Below, in pieces: positions 1 to 9,225 of a stretch of 39,387 nt of DNA. The position numbers and the translations under genes are program-made. The DNA comes from a virus. Numbering within the stretch: position 1 is the stretch's first letter; the number at the start of each line of letters is the position of its first letter. The stretch lies in IMG/VR virus record IMGVR_UViG_3300038595_000016. One strand, written 5' to 3'. The notes beneath the pieces are model-generated. The model saw only the letters and a list, made by a program, of their open reading frames with translations. It was not told where the DNA came from and ran no database searches.

Positions 1-127
1 GCTCTTGGTTCAATAGGAAAATCAGCCGGTCAAGCTGGTATTCAAATTCAACAATTCGTTGGTCAGGTGCAGATGGGCACAAGTCCATTGGTAGCAATGT
101 CGCAACAAGCGGCTGACTTGGGTATTG
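1..127. repeat. Terminal overlap: bases 1-127 are an exact copy of 39261-39387, so the window is one 39,260-bp genome unit opened inside the tape measure gene
   Basis: Read directly: gctcttggttcaataggaaaatcagccggtcaagctgg...ggctgacttgggtattg occurs at both ends. The ORF frame is continuous across the junction. Confidence 0.95.
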
Positions 128-3100
128 TTCTTGGCGCTCCGCTACTTGGTGCTATCACTGGTATAGCCGCGTCTCTTGGTACAGTTTTATTGCCATCGCT
201 TTTTGATGCTGACGATGCAACAGATAAGTTAAAAGAGACGCTTGAAGCGATCGACAAAGTTGCAGTTCAGGCGGCTGGCGGGACATTTACGCTGACCGAA
301 GAAATTGCACGTCTTGCTAAAGTTTCAGAAACAGCCGCAAACGCTCAAATTGCGCTATCAATCACAGAGGCAACACAAGCCATCAATCTAGCCAGAGAGT
401 CAGCGAGTGACGCGGTATCTGAGCTGGATGATTTGTTTAATGGCTTTGACGTTGTGTCAACCCCTGACATGATTGACAAGCTAAACGCAGCGATGGGGCG
501 CACAGGCCTGTCTGCGTCCGAGTTAATAGAAACTACAAATCTTTACGCCACTGGATTAACTCAAGTTAAATCGTTCTCAAAGTCTTTAAATAACAGCCTT
601 GGAACAACAACCGAGCAGTCGATTCAATTAATCAGGGCTGTATCTCAATTCCGCTCAGGTGGTAGCGTTTCAGACCTTGCTAATACATTTAGTGAAGTAT
701 CACTTAGCGCTAAAGGAGCTACAAAAGAATTTCAGTCTCTAGCAGTTCAACTTAACGCAATGGCGCTGACAACAGAAAAATCAGAGTCAGTGCTAACTCT
801 GCTGAAAGAGGCGATGGGAGACCTTGACGGAATTCTAAATAATTCAGAGTCAGCCGTTAACGATATAATCGATTCGTTTGTCATGAAAACCGAAGCACTT
901 CACGCTGACGAAGTTCAAATGGCGAAAAACATCGCAATGCAAGCGGCTGGCGCTGATGCCACTGAAGCAGAAAAGGAAAAGATAGAGTCCGCCATTGATG
1001 CCTACTACAGGAAGCTGAACGCAATAAGAGCGGAGGAAAAAGCCCAACGAGATGCTAGGGTTGAGCGAGAGAAAGCAGCAAGAGAGGCGGAAAGAGAGGC
1101 TGAGGCGATTCAGCGCGCGGCAGACAAACAAGCACAAGCCTACTCAAGATGGATTGAACAGGTTAAAAATGCAGTTGACCCAACAATCAAGCTGCAAGAG
1201 GAAATCTACGACCTTTGGCTTGCTATGTTTGCTGGTGATATTGATGAAGATGTAGCAACGGCAAGAATAAAGCAACTTGAAGAGCAAATTGCTAGCTTTA
1301 AAGACGTAGCGAAGGATTCAGACGTCAACCCATACGAGGGGTTGGCAAGCGGTGCTATGGAGTACCTCACTGCTATTCAAATGCTTTCTAAGGACGGCTC
1401 GGACTCATTCAAAGAGCTAGAGAGAGCCATTGCAGCGTTAAGTATCACTCAATCGCTGGCGACTGGTAATATTGCAGGTGCGATCGCATCCGGTGCGAGC
1501 TTGCTTACCACTTTCGACAAAGGTCTTGGTGATGACATTAGCGCAGAGATTCAAGCTAACCAAAACCTTGATGATTTAGGTGAAAAAGCGGACTCAATCT
1601 CTATAGCCACTAAAACGACCGCAGACGCTACCGATAAGCTAGTCGGCATTAACACTAAGATGCTAAACGCGCTAAAGACCGTTCAAAATGGCATTACTGG
1701 CGCGTCTGGAATGGTTGCTAGGGATAGAGCAAAAGCGTCAATTGATATTGGCGGCCTTGGCATTCTTGATAACCTGCTAACGTCTACTGGCCTTGGCAGC
1801 TTCTTGACTGACGCGCTCGACATATTCAATAAGTTTACATTCAACTTCTTGGGAAGTGTTGGTAGTAGCATATTCAAGTCCATTGGCGGCCTGCTTGGTG
1901 GCTCATCAAAAGTAAAAGATGAGGGTATCAGGATTATTGGCGGGTCTCTATCCCAGCTAATGGACGATGTAACCGTTCAAGCATTCCAGAAGGTTAAATA
2001 TAAAAAATGGAGATTTGGTAGCAGCAAAACAAAAACCAAGTTTATTGACGCTGGTAACTCGGTAGGAAACCAATTCTCTTTAGTTTTTGAATCAATAGCC
2101 GACTCGGTTGCGGCTGGTGCTGACATTTTAGGTATTAGTCAGGATGAAATTGAAAAGAGAATCAACTCATTCAGGATTTCAACCCAGACAATATCACTCA
2201 AAGGGCTAAGTGCTAGTCGTCAACAAAAAGAGATAGAAGCATACTTTAGCAGAGTTTTTAACAATCTATCTGTTAGTGTTATCCCATTTATTAGAGAGCT
2301 TCAAGTTGCTGGTGAGGAGCTTGGCGAGACGCTATCTCGCGTAGCAACTCAAACATCAATCGCTGAATACTTGATTGATAACTTCGGTGTGACGTTCGCC
2401 GACAAGGTGGCAGACCCTAGAGCGTTTGCTATCGCTGCTGATAACTTGGCTAATTTCGCTGGTGGAGCTGAGGCGTTAGCTGAGCAAGTCTCATCGTTTA
2501 CCGATGCGTTTGCTAGCGACACAACAAAACTAAACATCTATCAAGAGTCATTGGTTGGAGCTCTTCGTGATGTTGGGCTGTCACTACCAAGCACATCCGA
2601 GGGTTTGTTTGATTTAATGTCATCGCTGGATGGAACAACGGAAGCGGGACAAGAGCAGATTGCAACTCTGTTAAAAGTAACAGGCACGGCAGACGCTTAT
2701 TACAAATTGCTAGATAACACCGCAGGGAGATACCGAGAGGCGGCAGAGTCACTATTTGATGTTAGCTTTGCGGTGGAAAAGGTTGCTCTAGATTCAGCGG
2801 TGGCTGCTGCTAGATTGGGCGATTTTAGTTTGGCTGAGGCTTTGGATTTGAAATCGCTGACTCCTTCTAAAAGTGATTTCTCTTCGCTAATTGATTACAA
2901 TGTTGCAAGAGCTGAGACTGCTGCGAAGCTAAACGAGCTGGCAGACCTGCAAACAGGGAAAGTGTCAGTTGACGAGAAGCAGTTAAACGTCCTTGAGCAA
3001 ATTAGAGACTCATTGCAAAACCAAGCAACGAAAGAGGCGGACGGCTCTATGATTTCAAAATTAACAGAGCAAATGACAGCGCTTAAATCAGAGTTCCAAG

Positions 3101-3153
3101 AGGTATCTAGACAGTTAAGATACGGAACGATTACAACAACTCAGGAGGCATGA
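1..3153 (+). CDS. Tail tape measure protein, C-terminal 1050 codons (the 5' part is at 39144-39260 across the junction; full length about 1089 aa)
   Basis: Longest ORF, with Ala/Gln/Glu/Leu-rich coiled-coil composition. It lies after the tail chaperone pair and before the distal tail genes. Position 1 is in frame with ATG 39144. Confidence 0.9.
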   Translation, partial: ALGSIGKSAGQAGIQIQQFVGQVQMGTSPLVAMSQQAADLGIVLGAPLLGAITGIAASLGTVLLPSLFDADDATDKLKETLEAIDKVAVQAAGGTFTLTEEIARLAKVSETAANAQIALSITEATQAINLARESASDAVSELDDLFNGFDVVSTPDMIDKLNAAMGRTGLSASELIETTNLYATGLTQVKSFSKSLNNSLGTTTEQSIQLIRAVSQFRSGGSVSDLANTFSEVSLSAKGATKEFQSLAVQLNAMALTTEKSESVLTLLKEAMGDLDGILNNSESAVNDIIDSFVMKTEALHADEVQMAKNIAMQAAGADATEAEKEKIESAIDAYYRKLNAIRAEEKAQRDARVEREKAAREAEREAEAIQRAADKQAQAYSRWIEQVKNAVDPTIKLQEEIYDLWLAMFAGDIDEDVATARIKQLEEQIASFKDVAKDSDVNPYEGLASGAMEYLTAIQMLSKDGSDSFKELERAIAALSITQSLATGNIAGAIASGASLLTTFDKGLGDDISAEIQANQNLDDLGEKADSISIATKTTADATDKLVGINTKMLNALKTVQNGITGASGMVARDRAKASIDIGGLGILDNLLTSTGLGSFLTDALDIFNKFTFNFLGSVGSSIFKSIGGLLGGSSKVKDEGIRIIGGSLSQLMDDVTVQAFQKVKYKKWRFGSSKTKTKFIDAGNSVGNQFSLVFESIADSVAAGADILGISQDEIEKRINSFRISTQTISLKGLSASRQQKEIEAYFSRVFNNLSVSVIPFIRELQVAGEELGETLSRVATQTSIAEYLIDNFGVTFADKVADPRAFAIAADNLANFAGGAEALAEQVSSFTDAFASDTTKLNIYQESLVGALRDVGLSLPSTSEGLFDLMSSLDGTTEAGQEQIATLLKVTGTADAYYKLLDNTAGRYREAAESLFDVSFAVEKVALDSAVAAARLGDFSLAEALDLKSLTPSKSDFSSLIDYNVARAETAAKLNELADLQTGKVSVDEKQLNVLEQIRDSLQNQATKEADGSMISKLTEQMTALKSEFQEVSRQLRYGTITTTQEA

Positions 3154-4880
3154 TTGTGACCTTAAAGGTTGTAAATCCAATAGAGGTAACTGACGCGGTT
3201 TTAATCGCGTCAGACATACCAGAGCCAGATCTATCGCAAGGCGAGGAGTCATGGCAAGATGAAGCCGCAAGGATTGTGGTTGGCAATTTTGTGTTGCCAT
3301 CAGGGTACGGAAGGCTTCACCACATAATGCAAAATGATTTCGGTGAGTATTACTTGTTAGTGCAGGCTTTCCCCGGCACTGCATATAAGATTGCCAAGTA
3401 TGATGCTGATTACAATTTCATTTACGATTATGGGGATTTTGCGGATATAGTAAACGTCGATCCTCTAGCTGAGCCGGAAGGCATATCCAATAACGGAAAC
3501 ACGGTTTATGTTTTTTGGAAGGTTGCCGGAAATAATTACTATGAGCAGCTTATAACAAATATAGGTCAGGAGGGTGGCGTACCGCTTGCTTACACCACAT
3601 CAACTGGTCAATTAGCAAACATTCCAGTCGAGGTTAAAAGCGCTAACAGAACTTTCTTTACAGTATCATCAGGAAATAAATTTGTACTATTCAGCGACAA
3701 CCAGAGCGGGGACGATTATGAGGAAGTCAGGCTATACAGGATTAACCAGTCAGGCTCTTTAGTGTCTTCTGTTAGTACTGGCATTTCTGCTGGTAATGCG
3801 CAATATCTCTCATCAAACAAAGATGGTGGTGTTATTGCCACAGTGAGCACAGACTACTCAACAGAGCAAACTGATTTTATTGAGTACGACATTGACTTAA
3901 CACCAACAAAACTTGGTAGCGTTAAGTTTTCAAAGTATTCAAGCGTTCCAGCAAGGATTACTTCTTATTTTGAAGGTGCAATAACATGGGCGATAAACAG
4001 TAAGCTATCAGCGGTAACAAACGCAGAGTTTACCGCCTTATCCAGAACAATCACTAATGCCGGTGCTTACAAAGCTGGCGATGAAGTAATTAGAGAGACA
4101 AATCACAGGAAGTACAGGTGTTTAGTTTCTGAGACATTTAGCGACCCAGCTGACAACTCGGACGAATCATCTACTGCAGAATGGGTTGATATAGGGCCAA
4201 CCAACAGATGGGCAATGTTTGACGACAAGACTACAACACCAACAGTATCAACTTCGGATTTCTCTGTAACGTTGAGCGCATCGGAGTTCGTTGACTCTAT
4301 AGGCTTGTTCGGGATATCAAACGTAGACTCAATAACAACGGTAATTAAAGATTCGCTAGGTGCTGAGATTTACAATCAAAACAGGTCGCTTATTGATGTG
4401 ACAACTGTTTATGACCACTATACATATTACCTTTATCAGCTAATTTATGTTAGCGATGAGTTTATTGATGGGTTGCCTGTAAGCTACAACCCAGAGATAA
4501 CGCTTACTTTTCATGGCTCAAACATGAAGGTTGGCGCTGCTCCCTTTGGGTTTTCCAAAGTGATAGGAACAGTTCACGCAGAGGGAACAAAAACAGACTC
4601 GATAAATTATTCAAGGCAGGAATATGATGAGTTTGGGGAATTGACTTACATTCAAAGGCCATCAGTAAATCTAAACACTTACGCTGTTTTTTCTGATATG
4701 TCCACAAACCCATATATTCAGAAACTAATAAAAACGCTGTCTGGCAAAAGCGCCATGTGGGTTGGGGATATAGGAATGGGTCAAAAAATGATAACATACG
4801 GAGTATTCGAGAGAAGCCCAGTACCATACCAATACCCAGAGCACATCAAATACGAAATCACAGTAAGGGGATCTATATAA
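3150..4880 (+). CDS. Distal tail / tail-tip (host-specificity-like) protein
   Basis: 576-aa ORF with an ATGA start/stop overlap with the tape measure gene. It is the only large protein between the tape measure and the fibre. Function is inferred from position and beta-rich composition only. Confidence 0.5.
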   Translation: MIVTLKVVNPIEVTDAVLIASDIPEPDLSQGEESWQDEAARIVVGNFVLPSGYGRLHHIMQNDFGEYYLLVQAFPGTAYKIAKYDADYNFIYDYGDFADIVNVDPLAEPEGISNNGNTVYVFWKVAGNNYYEQLITNIGQEGGVPLAYTTSTGQLANIPVEVKSANRTFFTVSSGNKFVLFSDNQSGDDYEEVRLYRINQSGSLVSSVSTGISAGNAQYLSSNKDGGVIATVSTDYSTEQTDFIEYDIDLTPTKLGSVKFSKYSSVPARITSYFEGAITWAINSKLSAVTNAEFTALSRTITNAGAYKAGDEVIRETNHRKYRCLVSETFSDPADNSDESSTAEWVDIGPTNRWAMFDDKTTTPTVSTSDFSVTLSASEFVDSIGLFGISNVDSITTVIKDSLGAEIYNQNRSLIDVTTVYDHYTYYLYQLIYVSDEFIDGLPVSYNPEITLTFHGSNMKVGAAPFGFSKVIGTVHAEGTKTDSINYSRQEYDEFGELTYIQRPSVNLNTYAVFSDMSTNPYIQKLIKTLSGKSAMWVGDIGMGQKMITYGVFERSPVPYQYPEHIKYEITVRGSI

Positions 4881-5986
4881 TGCCTATAACACCGATAACA
4901 GAATACGCTGGAGACGTGCCAATCATAGGGCAGCCTCAGCCTACCTTTAACCAAAACGTATCTGACAAGCTGAACTACGACAAGCAATTATTTGGTGCTG
5001 GCGGAGAGTTTAACGTTGCGGTATCAGAAATTAACCAAACCGCAATTCAGGTTTCAAATGATATGGCTACCGCACAAAGTGCCGCTGATGTCGCTGTGTC
5101 TAGCGGGAATTTCAAAGGCTCGTGGTCCGTAGCGTCTGGGCCGTACGCGATTGGGGATAGCTTTAATCATAACGGGTTTGATTGGCGGTTAAACGTAAAC
5201 GTATCCAATGTGGAATCTAGTGAGCCTAGCGAGGCAAATCAAGACTGGTCTAAACTTCCATCGTCAGCGCAGCAAGATAAGAATACCGACGATATCTCTA
5301 ATATTGTTTCAAACCTACAGCTTGCTGAGTACGACCCGGACAGGGTTTACAGTTATGGCGAGCTAGCGCGAAGAACAATAAATGGAGTGCCAAGGGTGGT
5401 TCAGTGGCATTCAAATGTTGAGTCACTGTCAGGGAAAGACCCAGCCAATCCAGCCAATAGACGTGCTGGCTGGTCAGATGCATCAAAGCCTTTCTACTGG
5501 AAGTTTTTCACGGGCAAAAAGCCGGGCGAAACCATGGCGTGGGACGATGACGATTTGCCAGAAGAAATGCTTGTCGGAATTGGCCAGCAAATATCTGCGC
5601 TAACTTATCATGAAATCGCAGCAGCAAAACCGCATTGGGTAGACAGCTCTAACCCAAACCTGCTTAACATCCCAGACCGCCAAGGGCGATTTACCCGTGG
5701 CGCTAATGGTACAACGTGGATAGCTGGTCAAACACATGAGGATGCGATTAGAAATATTCAGGCTCAAATTATACCCACTAGAGATATTGATATAACCACA
5801 GGTATACCAATGGCTGGTGCCAGTGGTGCATTTTCAACCATAAAGTCAGAAGCAACTGCAAAGGTAGCTAATGGTGTCGCTGCCGTTAGAGATGTTGGTA
5901 TTGACTTTGATGCTTCACGAGTGGTTCCTACAGCACCAGAGAACCAACCTAAAGGCTTTATTGAGTGGAAGGGTTACGCATTATGA
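4880..5986 (+). CDS. Tail fibre protein with C-terminal tail-collar-like domain
   Basis: TAATG overlap with the upstream stop; starts MPITPITEY. The segment NIPDRQGRFTRGANG...GQTHEDAIRNIQ resembles the phage tail-collar motif (lPDlRGrF). Confidence 0.7.
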   Translation: MPITPITEYAGDVPIIGQPQPTFNQNVSDKLNYDKQLFGAGGEFNVAVSEINQTAIQVSNDMATAQSAADVAVSSGNFKGSWSVASGPYAIGDSFNHNGFDWRLNVNVSNVESSEPSEANQDWSKLPSSAQQDKNTDDISNIVSNLQLAEYDPDRVYSYGELARRTINGVPRVVQWHSNVESLSGKDPANPANRRAGWSDASKPFYWKFFTGKKPGETMAWDDDDLPEEMLVGIGQQISALTYHEIAAAKPHWVDSSNPNLLNIPDRQGRFTRGANGTTWIAGQTHEDAIRNIQAQIIPTRDIDITTGIPMAGASGAFSTIKSEATAKVANGVAAVRDVGIDFDASRVVPTAPENQPKGFIEWKGYAL

Positions 5987-6558
5987 TTACCAATTACTAC
6001 ACGTACGACAAAACCACGCTAGAAGTTGACCGTCAGCCTAAGAAGCTAATCAAACAGTCAGAAATGGATGAACTTCCAATGGCAGCTTTGCTTGTGAAAC
6101 CATTGGAACCTGCACAAGGTAAGGCTGTGGTTGTTTGTGAATTCGATGAAGCAGGCAGACCGCAATCAACCAAGTATGTTGATGACCATCGCGGAAAATA
6201 TGCTTACTCCACATCGCAACCATACCGAAAGGAAAAGGTCGATTATGTTGGAGAGATAAAGGAAGGTTGGACACTAAAGGAAAGAGCAACAGAATTCGAC
6301 GATTGGGTTAATGATGACTGGGTTACAGACGAATCAAAACTAAATGAGCACTTGGCATCAATAGAGCAGGTAGAAATGATGTCAGAGCTAAACTGGGTTG
6401 ATATTCAGTTAAAATATCACTCAACTGGAGACACAAAAAGAGCAACCATTAGCCTTGATTCTCTCAACTCTTACGCGATTAAGTGTAGGGACTACGTTCA
6501 AAATATCGACGGCGTATTAACTATCGTTGGTGATAAGCCGGTTAGACCAACTGAATAA
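5983..6558 (+). CDS. Tail fibre assembly chaperone (Tfa-like)
   Basis: ATGA overlap with the fibre gene. The MITNYYTYD N-terminus, size (191 aa) and position directly after the fibre are typical of fibre chaperones. Confidence 0.55.
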   Translation: MITNYYTYDKTTLEVDRQPKKLIKQSEMDELPMAALLVKPLEPAQGKAVVVCEFDEAGRPQSTKYVDDHRGKYAYSTSQPYRKEKVDYVGEIKEGWTLKERATEFDDWVNDDWVTDESKLNEHLASIEQVEMMSELNWVDIQLKYHSTGDTKRATISLDSLNSYAIKCRDYVQNIDGVLTIVGDKPVRPTE

Positions 6559-6587
6559 ATCCACACCTAGGCATTAACTTTGCAAAG

Positions 6588-6632
6588 CCCCATAATGACA
6601 ATGTACAATACTGTTATTATGGGGTTTTCTAT
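6588..6632 (+). terminator. Hairpin plus T-run after the tail fibre module
   Basis: CCCCATAAT (6588-6596) pairs with ATTATGGGG (6616-6624), loop 19 nt, followed by TTTT. The large loop makes it weaker than the other terminators here. Confidence 0.4.
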
Positions 6633-6633
6633 T

Positions 6634-6909
6634 ATGAGCGGAATGATGTCGGAAGTTAACGAGCGGCTAGCAAGAGTCGAACAAAGTCAATTACACCAAG
6701 AAAAACAATTAGATAGGCTGGTTGATGTGACAGAAAAATTGGCTAATGTTCACAGTCGCATGTCAAATATAGAGAGGCGCGTAGATGGTCACGACTTGAA
6801 AATTGCAAACAATGAAAAGCAAATTGCAAAATGGACGTTGATTTGCTCGATTGCTTTCGGATTGCTTGCAACTTATTTTCCTGAATTAAAGACTATTGTT
6901 GGACTCTAG
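6634..6909 (+). CDS. Coiled-coil protein with a single C-terminal transmembrane anchor (function unknown; possible lysis or exclusion role)
   Basis: ORF 6580-6909. I prefer ATG 6634 because it follows the hairpin, but the start is uncertain (alternatives 6595 and 6580). The C-terminal WTLICSIAFGLLATYF segment is hydrophobic. Confidence 0.5.
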   Translation: MSGMMSEVNERLARVEQSQLHQEKQLDRLVDVTEKLANVHSRMSNIERRVDGHDLKIANNEKQIAKWTLICSIAFGLLATYFPELKTIVGL

Positions 6910-6917
6910 CGGCTGCA

Positions 6918-7250
6918 TCAAAGGTCGGACTCCTTTACAAAGGTGCCGTTAATCATTTTGCCTTTGCGGTCTTTAATATCTAGCCATGCAGTGTACAAAC
7001 AATCTTCAAGCGTATAGCCCTCTCGCTCACAAATGTTAATTAACACAACCAGCATGTCTCCAATGTCATCACGACAGCACTTGCCGCGAGAAAGGTTTCC
7101 GGCTAATTCTCCGGCCTCCTCAATTAGCTTGGTGAACTGGCTAAAGTTGTTTGCGCCTTCAACAAGATTTCTATCATGGTGCCACTTTGAAATGCTTTCG
7201 ACCAGCATTGGTAGGTCTGAGTTATTCATGCTGTCATTTACCTGTTCCAC
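6918..7250 (-). CDS. mazG: MazG-like nucleoside triphosphate pyrophosphohydrolase
   Basis: WHHDRNL...EEAGELAGNL...DDIGDMLVVLINICEREGYTLEDCL matches the all-alpha MazG NTP-PPase motif pattern. The track start 7250 is GTG; ATG 7229 is an alternative. Confidence 0.85.
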   Translation of the reverse strand: MEQVNDSMNNSDLPMLVESISKWHHDRNLVEGANNFSQFTKLIEEAGELAGNLSRGKCCRDDIGDMLVVLINICEREGYTLEDCLYTAWLDIKDRKGKMINGTFVKESDL

Positions 7251-7390
7251 TTTTTCAAGTCCTCTCTATGCAATCTATTCGCTTGATACTTTGCCATCTT
7301 ACGCAGTCGCTCGTGACGGCTTCGGCAGCGTGGCTTTGTTACTGGTGGTGTGCTGCCTTTGCGTTTGCCTCTGTTATACTTGCCTGAAAT
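7238..7390 (-). CDS. Candidate 50-codon highly basic ORF with no canonical start (ATT 7390 after a strong SD)
   Basis: AAGGAGG at 7402-7396, then 5 nt, then ATT. Open frame ISGKYNRGKRKGSTPPVTKPRCRSRHERLRKMAKYQANRLHREDLKKWNR, in the same frame as the stop of the upstream gene. Confidence 0.25.
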   Translation of the reverse strand: MSGKYNRGKRKGSTPPVTKPRCRSRHERLRKMAKYQANRLHREDLKKWNR

Positions 7391-7402
7391 AAGCGCCTCC
7401 TT

Positions 7403-7873
7403 TTAAGCTTCTACTTCTATCTCAACAAGCTGAGACGAGTCTAAATTTAGATAATCAATTGCGTCCTGTTTATTTACAAAAGCATGCGAGCAAATGCGAA
7501 CATTTCTACATCCGCCAAGGGTTTCATGCTTATCTGTTTTTACTGCGATCCATAACTTTTCTTTGCGTGGTTTAGCTCGCAATACGTGGTCACATTGCAT
7601 GAATACGCTACCAGTGACCCACCCTCTCACCTGATCGTAATCAACCCACTCATCATCTTCAAATGTTGCGTTAATCTCTACTTCTCCACCGTTGAGCCAG
7701 TGCAAACAGGTCTCTTTGTATTGCGGAAGGCAAAGAAAGAAATCAATGTCTGAATTTGCTACCATTGTATTAAGACTGCTTTCTGTCCACTCTTGGCCAG
7801 AATTTAAAAAGACCACCAAATCCATGTTATCCACTTTAGCTTTAATCATTGGTGAGTGTTTATGCTTTGCCAT
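7403..7873 (-). CDS. Hypothetical accessory protein, paralog of 38725-39051
   Basis: ORF 7403-7879. ATG 7873 has GGAGG 8 nt upstream. MAKHKHSPMIKAKVDNMDLVVF...FFLCLPQYKETCLHWLNGG aligns with the 39051 protein. Confidence 0.8.
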   Translation of the reverse strand: MAKHKHSPMIKAKVDNMDLVVFLNSGQEWTESSLNTMVANSDIDFFLCLPQYKETCLHWLNGGEVEINATFEDDEWVDYDQVRGWVTGSVFMQCDHVLRAKPRKEKLWIAVKTDKHETLGGCRNVRICSHAFVNKQDAIDYLNLDSSQLVEIEVEA

Positions 7874-7906
7874 TACCATTTCCTCCTATCTCGTTGGTAT
7901 GAACTA

Positions 7907-7949
7907 ACTATACCCAATCCGAACCAAGTGCGCTGTGACCGACTTCACA
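7907..7949 (-). promoter_or_regulatory. Class II CRP-type promoter for the 7873 gene
   Basis: Perfect TGTGAccgactTCACA at 7934-7949, then exactly 21 nt, then TATAGT (plus-strand coordinates 7907-7912, read on the minus strand). No -35 element. Confidence 0.7.
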
Positions 7950-7973
7950 AAACAAAAAACCCGCTTTCGCGGG
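7950..7973 (-). terminator. Rho-independent terminator ending the 8716-8042 transcript
   Basis: CCCGC-gaaa-GCGGG (7973-7960 on the minus strand) followed by TTTTTTGTTTT, which runs into the palindrome. Confidence 0.7.
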
Positions 7974-8041
7974 CTGTGGGATTAGGTTATTTATTGCACT
8001 CAAATACACCGAAGAAAGATTTCCACTAAAAAAGAAAAAAA

Positions 8042-8716
8042 TCAATAAGGGTGGATAATATTACTGTCTAGAGCCTCCTTCCAGTTTAATAATGCCTGTT
8101 TAACTTCATCTCTATCCTGAATCATTGCAAGCTCATATGCTAACTCAGACTTTCTCTTTCTCCATGCTAGGTGGGCCTCAATCTCAGTTTCGAAATATCC
8201 AAGGTGCTCCATCTTTCCGGTTACTGGGTTGCAACACTTAGAGACAAACTTTCCATAAGGTTTGTACATGCTGGCTCCTATCATATACATACCTCTAGCT
8301 CTAAAATTATCAGTTGTAAATGAGTTGACCTTACGAGTAACAAATATACACCGGCTAGGTGAGTATGTTTTGTTTGGTGCGGATATTAGATCTTTATCGA
8401 TCTCATAATTACCTCCGTCTCTTGGGTAGTTTTTGTCAAACCAACCAGCAAAACATTGGTAGTCGTGCCATTCATCACATACTGAACAGCCTCTGTAGCT
8501 TGGTCTTCTTTCAATTTCAGGTTCGTGATAACACCTCTTAAGCATGTTCATCCATTTTACATACGCCTTGGTAAGTTTAGAGCCATCTCTAGTCTTATAT
8601 CGACCTCCTGAGTTGTATCCCAGCCCGTAAATCCTACCGACTACCTTTGCCTTTCTTTTGCCTGTGTTTTTTGACTCTGCACTTGTTGCTACAAACTTTT
8701 GCTTTTGCTGTCCCAT
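8042..8716 (-). CDS. Homing-endonuclease-like protein, paralog 1 (conserved W..M..RC core plus AP2-like C-terminal DNA-binding domain)
   Basis: AYVKWMNMLKRCYHE...YRGCSVCDEWHDYQCFAGWF...IDKDLISAPNKTYSPSRCIFVTRKVNS aligns with the ORFs at 19708 and 37149. C-terminal HLGYFETEIEAHLAWRK is AP2-like. Confidence 0.6.
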   Translation of the reverse strand: MGQQKQKFVATSAESKNTGKRKAKVVGRIYGLGYNSGGRYKTRDGSKLTKAYVKWMNMLKRCYHEPEIERRPSYRGCSVCDEWHDYQCFAGWFDKNYPRDGGNYEIDKDLISAPNKTYSPSRCIFVTRKVNSFTTDNFRARGMYMIGASMYKPYGKFVSKCCNPVTGKMEHLGYFETEIEAHLAWRKRKSELAYELAMIQDRDEVKQALLNWKEALDSNIIHPY

Positions 8717-8762
8717 AAAACAATTCTCCGCAAATTTCGCATTTCTTTTCAGTAATCGCCAT
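8634..8762 (-). CDS. Small zinc-ribbon-like ORF (42 aa) overlapping the start of 8042-8716 in another frame
   Basis: GAGG 8 nt upstream of ATG 8762. Translated by hand: MAITEKKCEICGELFYGTAKAKVCSNKCRVKKHRQKKGKGSR, with a C..C-N12-C...C pattern. Confidence 0.4.
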   Translation of the reverse strand: MAITEKKCEICGELFYGTAKAKVCSNKCRVKKHRQKKGKGSR

Positions 8763-8779
8763 TTCCTTACCTCTTAATA

Positions 8780-8808
8780 ATTGTAATGATTTATCGTTAC
8801 ATAGTCAA
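8780..8808 (-). promoter_or_regulatory. Sigma70-type promoter for the 8762/8716 genes
   Basis: On the minus strand: TTGACT (8808-8803), 17 nt, TACAAT (8785-8780). Confidence 0.6.
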
Positions 8809-8811
8809 CAG

Positions 8812-8845
8812 TAAAAAAGCGCAGCCGAAATTCCATAACTGCGCT
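8812..8845 (-). terminator. Rho-independent terminator after the 9162-8953 gene
   Basis: AGCGCAG (8845-8839) pairs with CTGCGCT (8824-8818), loop 14 nt, followed by TTTTTT. Confidence 0.65.
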
Positions 8846-8952
8846 CTCTTTGTGTCCACTGATTCTCACATCTGCCAAAGGGTAATTGCGCTTCTCAGCG
8901 TAAGTTCGCTTTCTGTGGCCTGTTCACACATGAAGCTGATTTAATAACCACC

Positions 8953-9162
8953 TTAGTAGTCTTTAGGTTGGACGTTTACCTTGTCGCCTTCATAAGCTCT
9001 CTTTATTTCGGCGTAGAATTTATCGTCGTGCTTGGTTTTTGTGCTTTTCACAATTTCACCAGCTAGGTAGAAAAACGCCCACTCGATAACTTTTTCGCTA
9101 GCAAATGACATTAACAGCTTGGTGCCAAATGCCAACATCGCTTTTATAAAAACTTGAATCAT
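8953..9162 (-). CDS. Small membrane protein, candidate holin
   Basis: 69 aa with two hydrophobic stretches (IQVFIKAMLAFGTKLLMSFA, VIEWAFFYLAGEIV) and a highly charged C-terminal tail. It is the next gene downstream of the endolysin. SD AGGAAGGG. Confidence 0.35.
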   Translation of the reverse strand: MIQVFIKAMLAFGTKLLMSFASEKVIEWAFFYLAGEIVKSTKTKHDDKFYAEIKRAYEGDKVNVQPKDY

Positions 9163-9225
9163 AATACCCTTCCTAAAAATGCGTATTGATTTGTCATTGG
9201 TATTTCTTTGGTAACTAATGCAATC

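Noticed and set aside
8914-8928. TGTGG-N5-TCACA downstream of the 8953 gene
   Set aside because: Wrong spacer length (5) and one mismatch. No -10-like hexamer lies 20-21 nt away on either strand.
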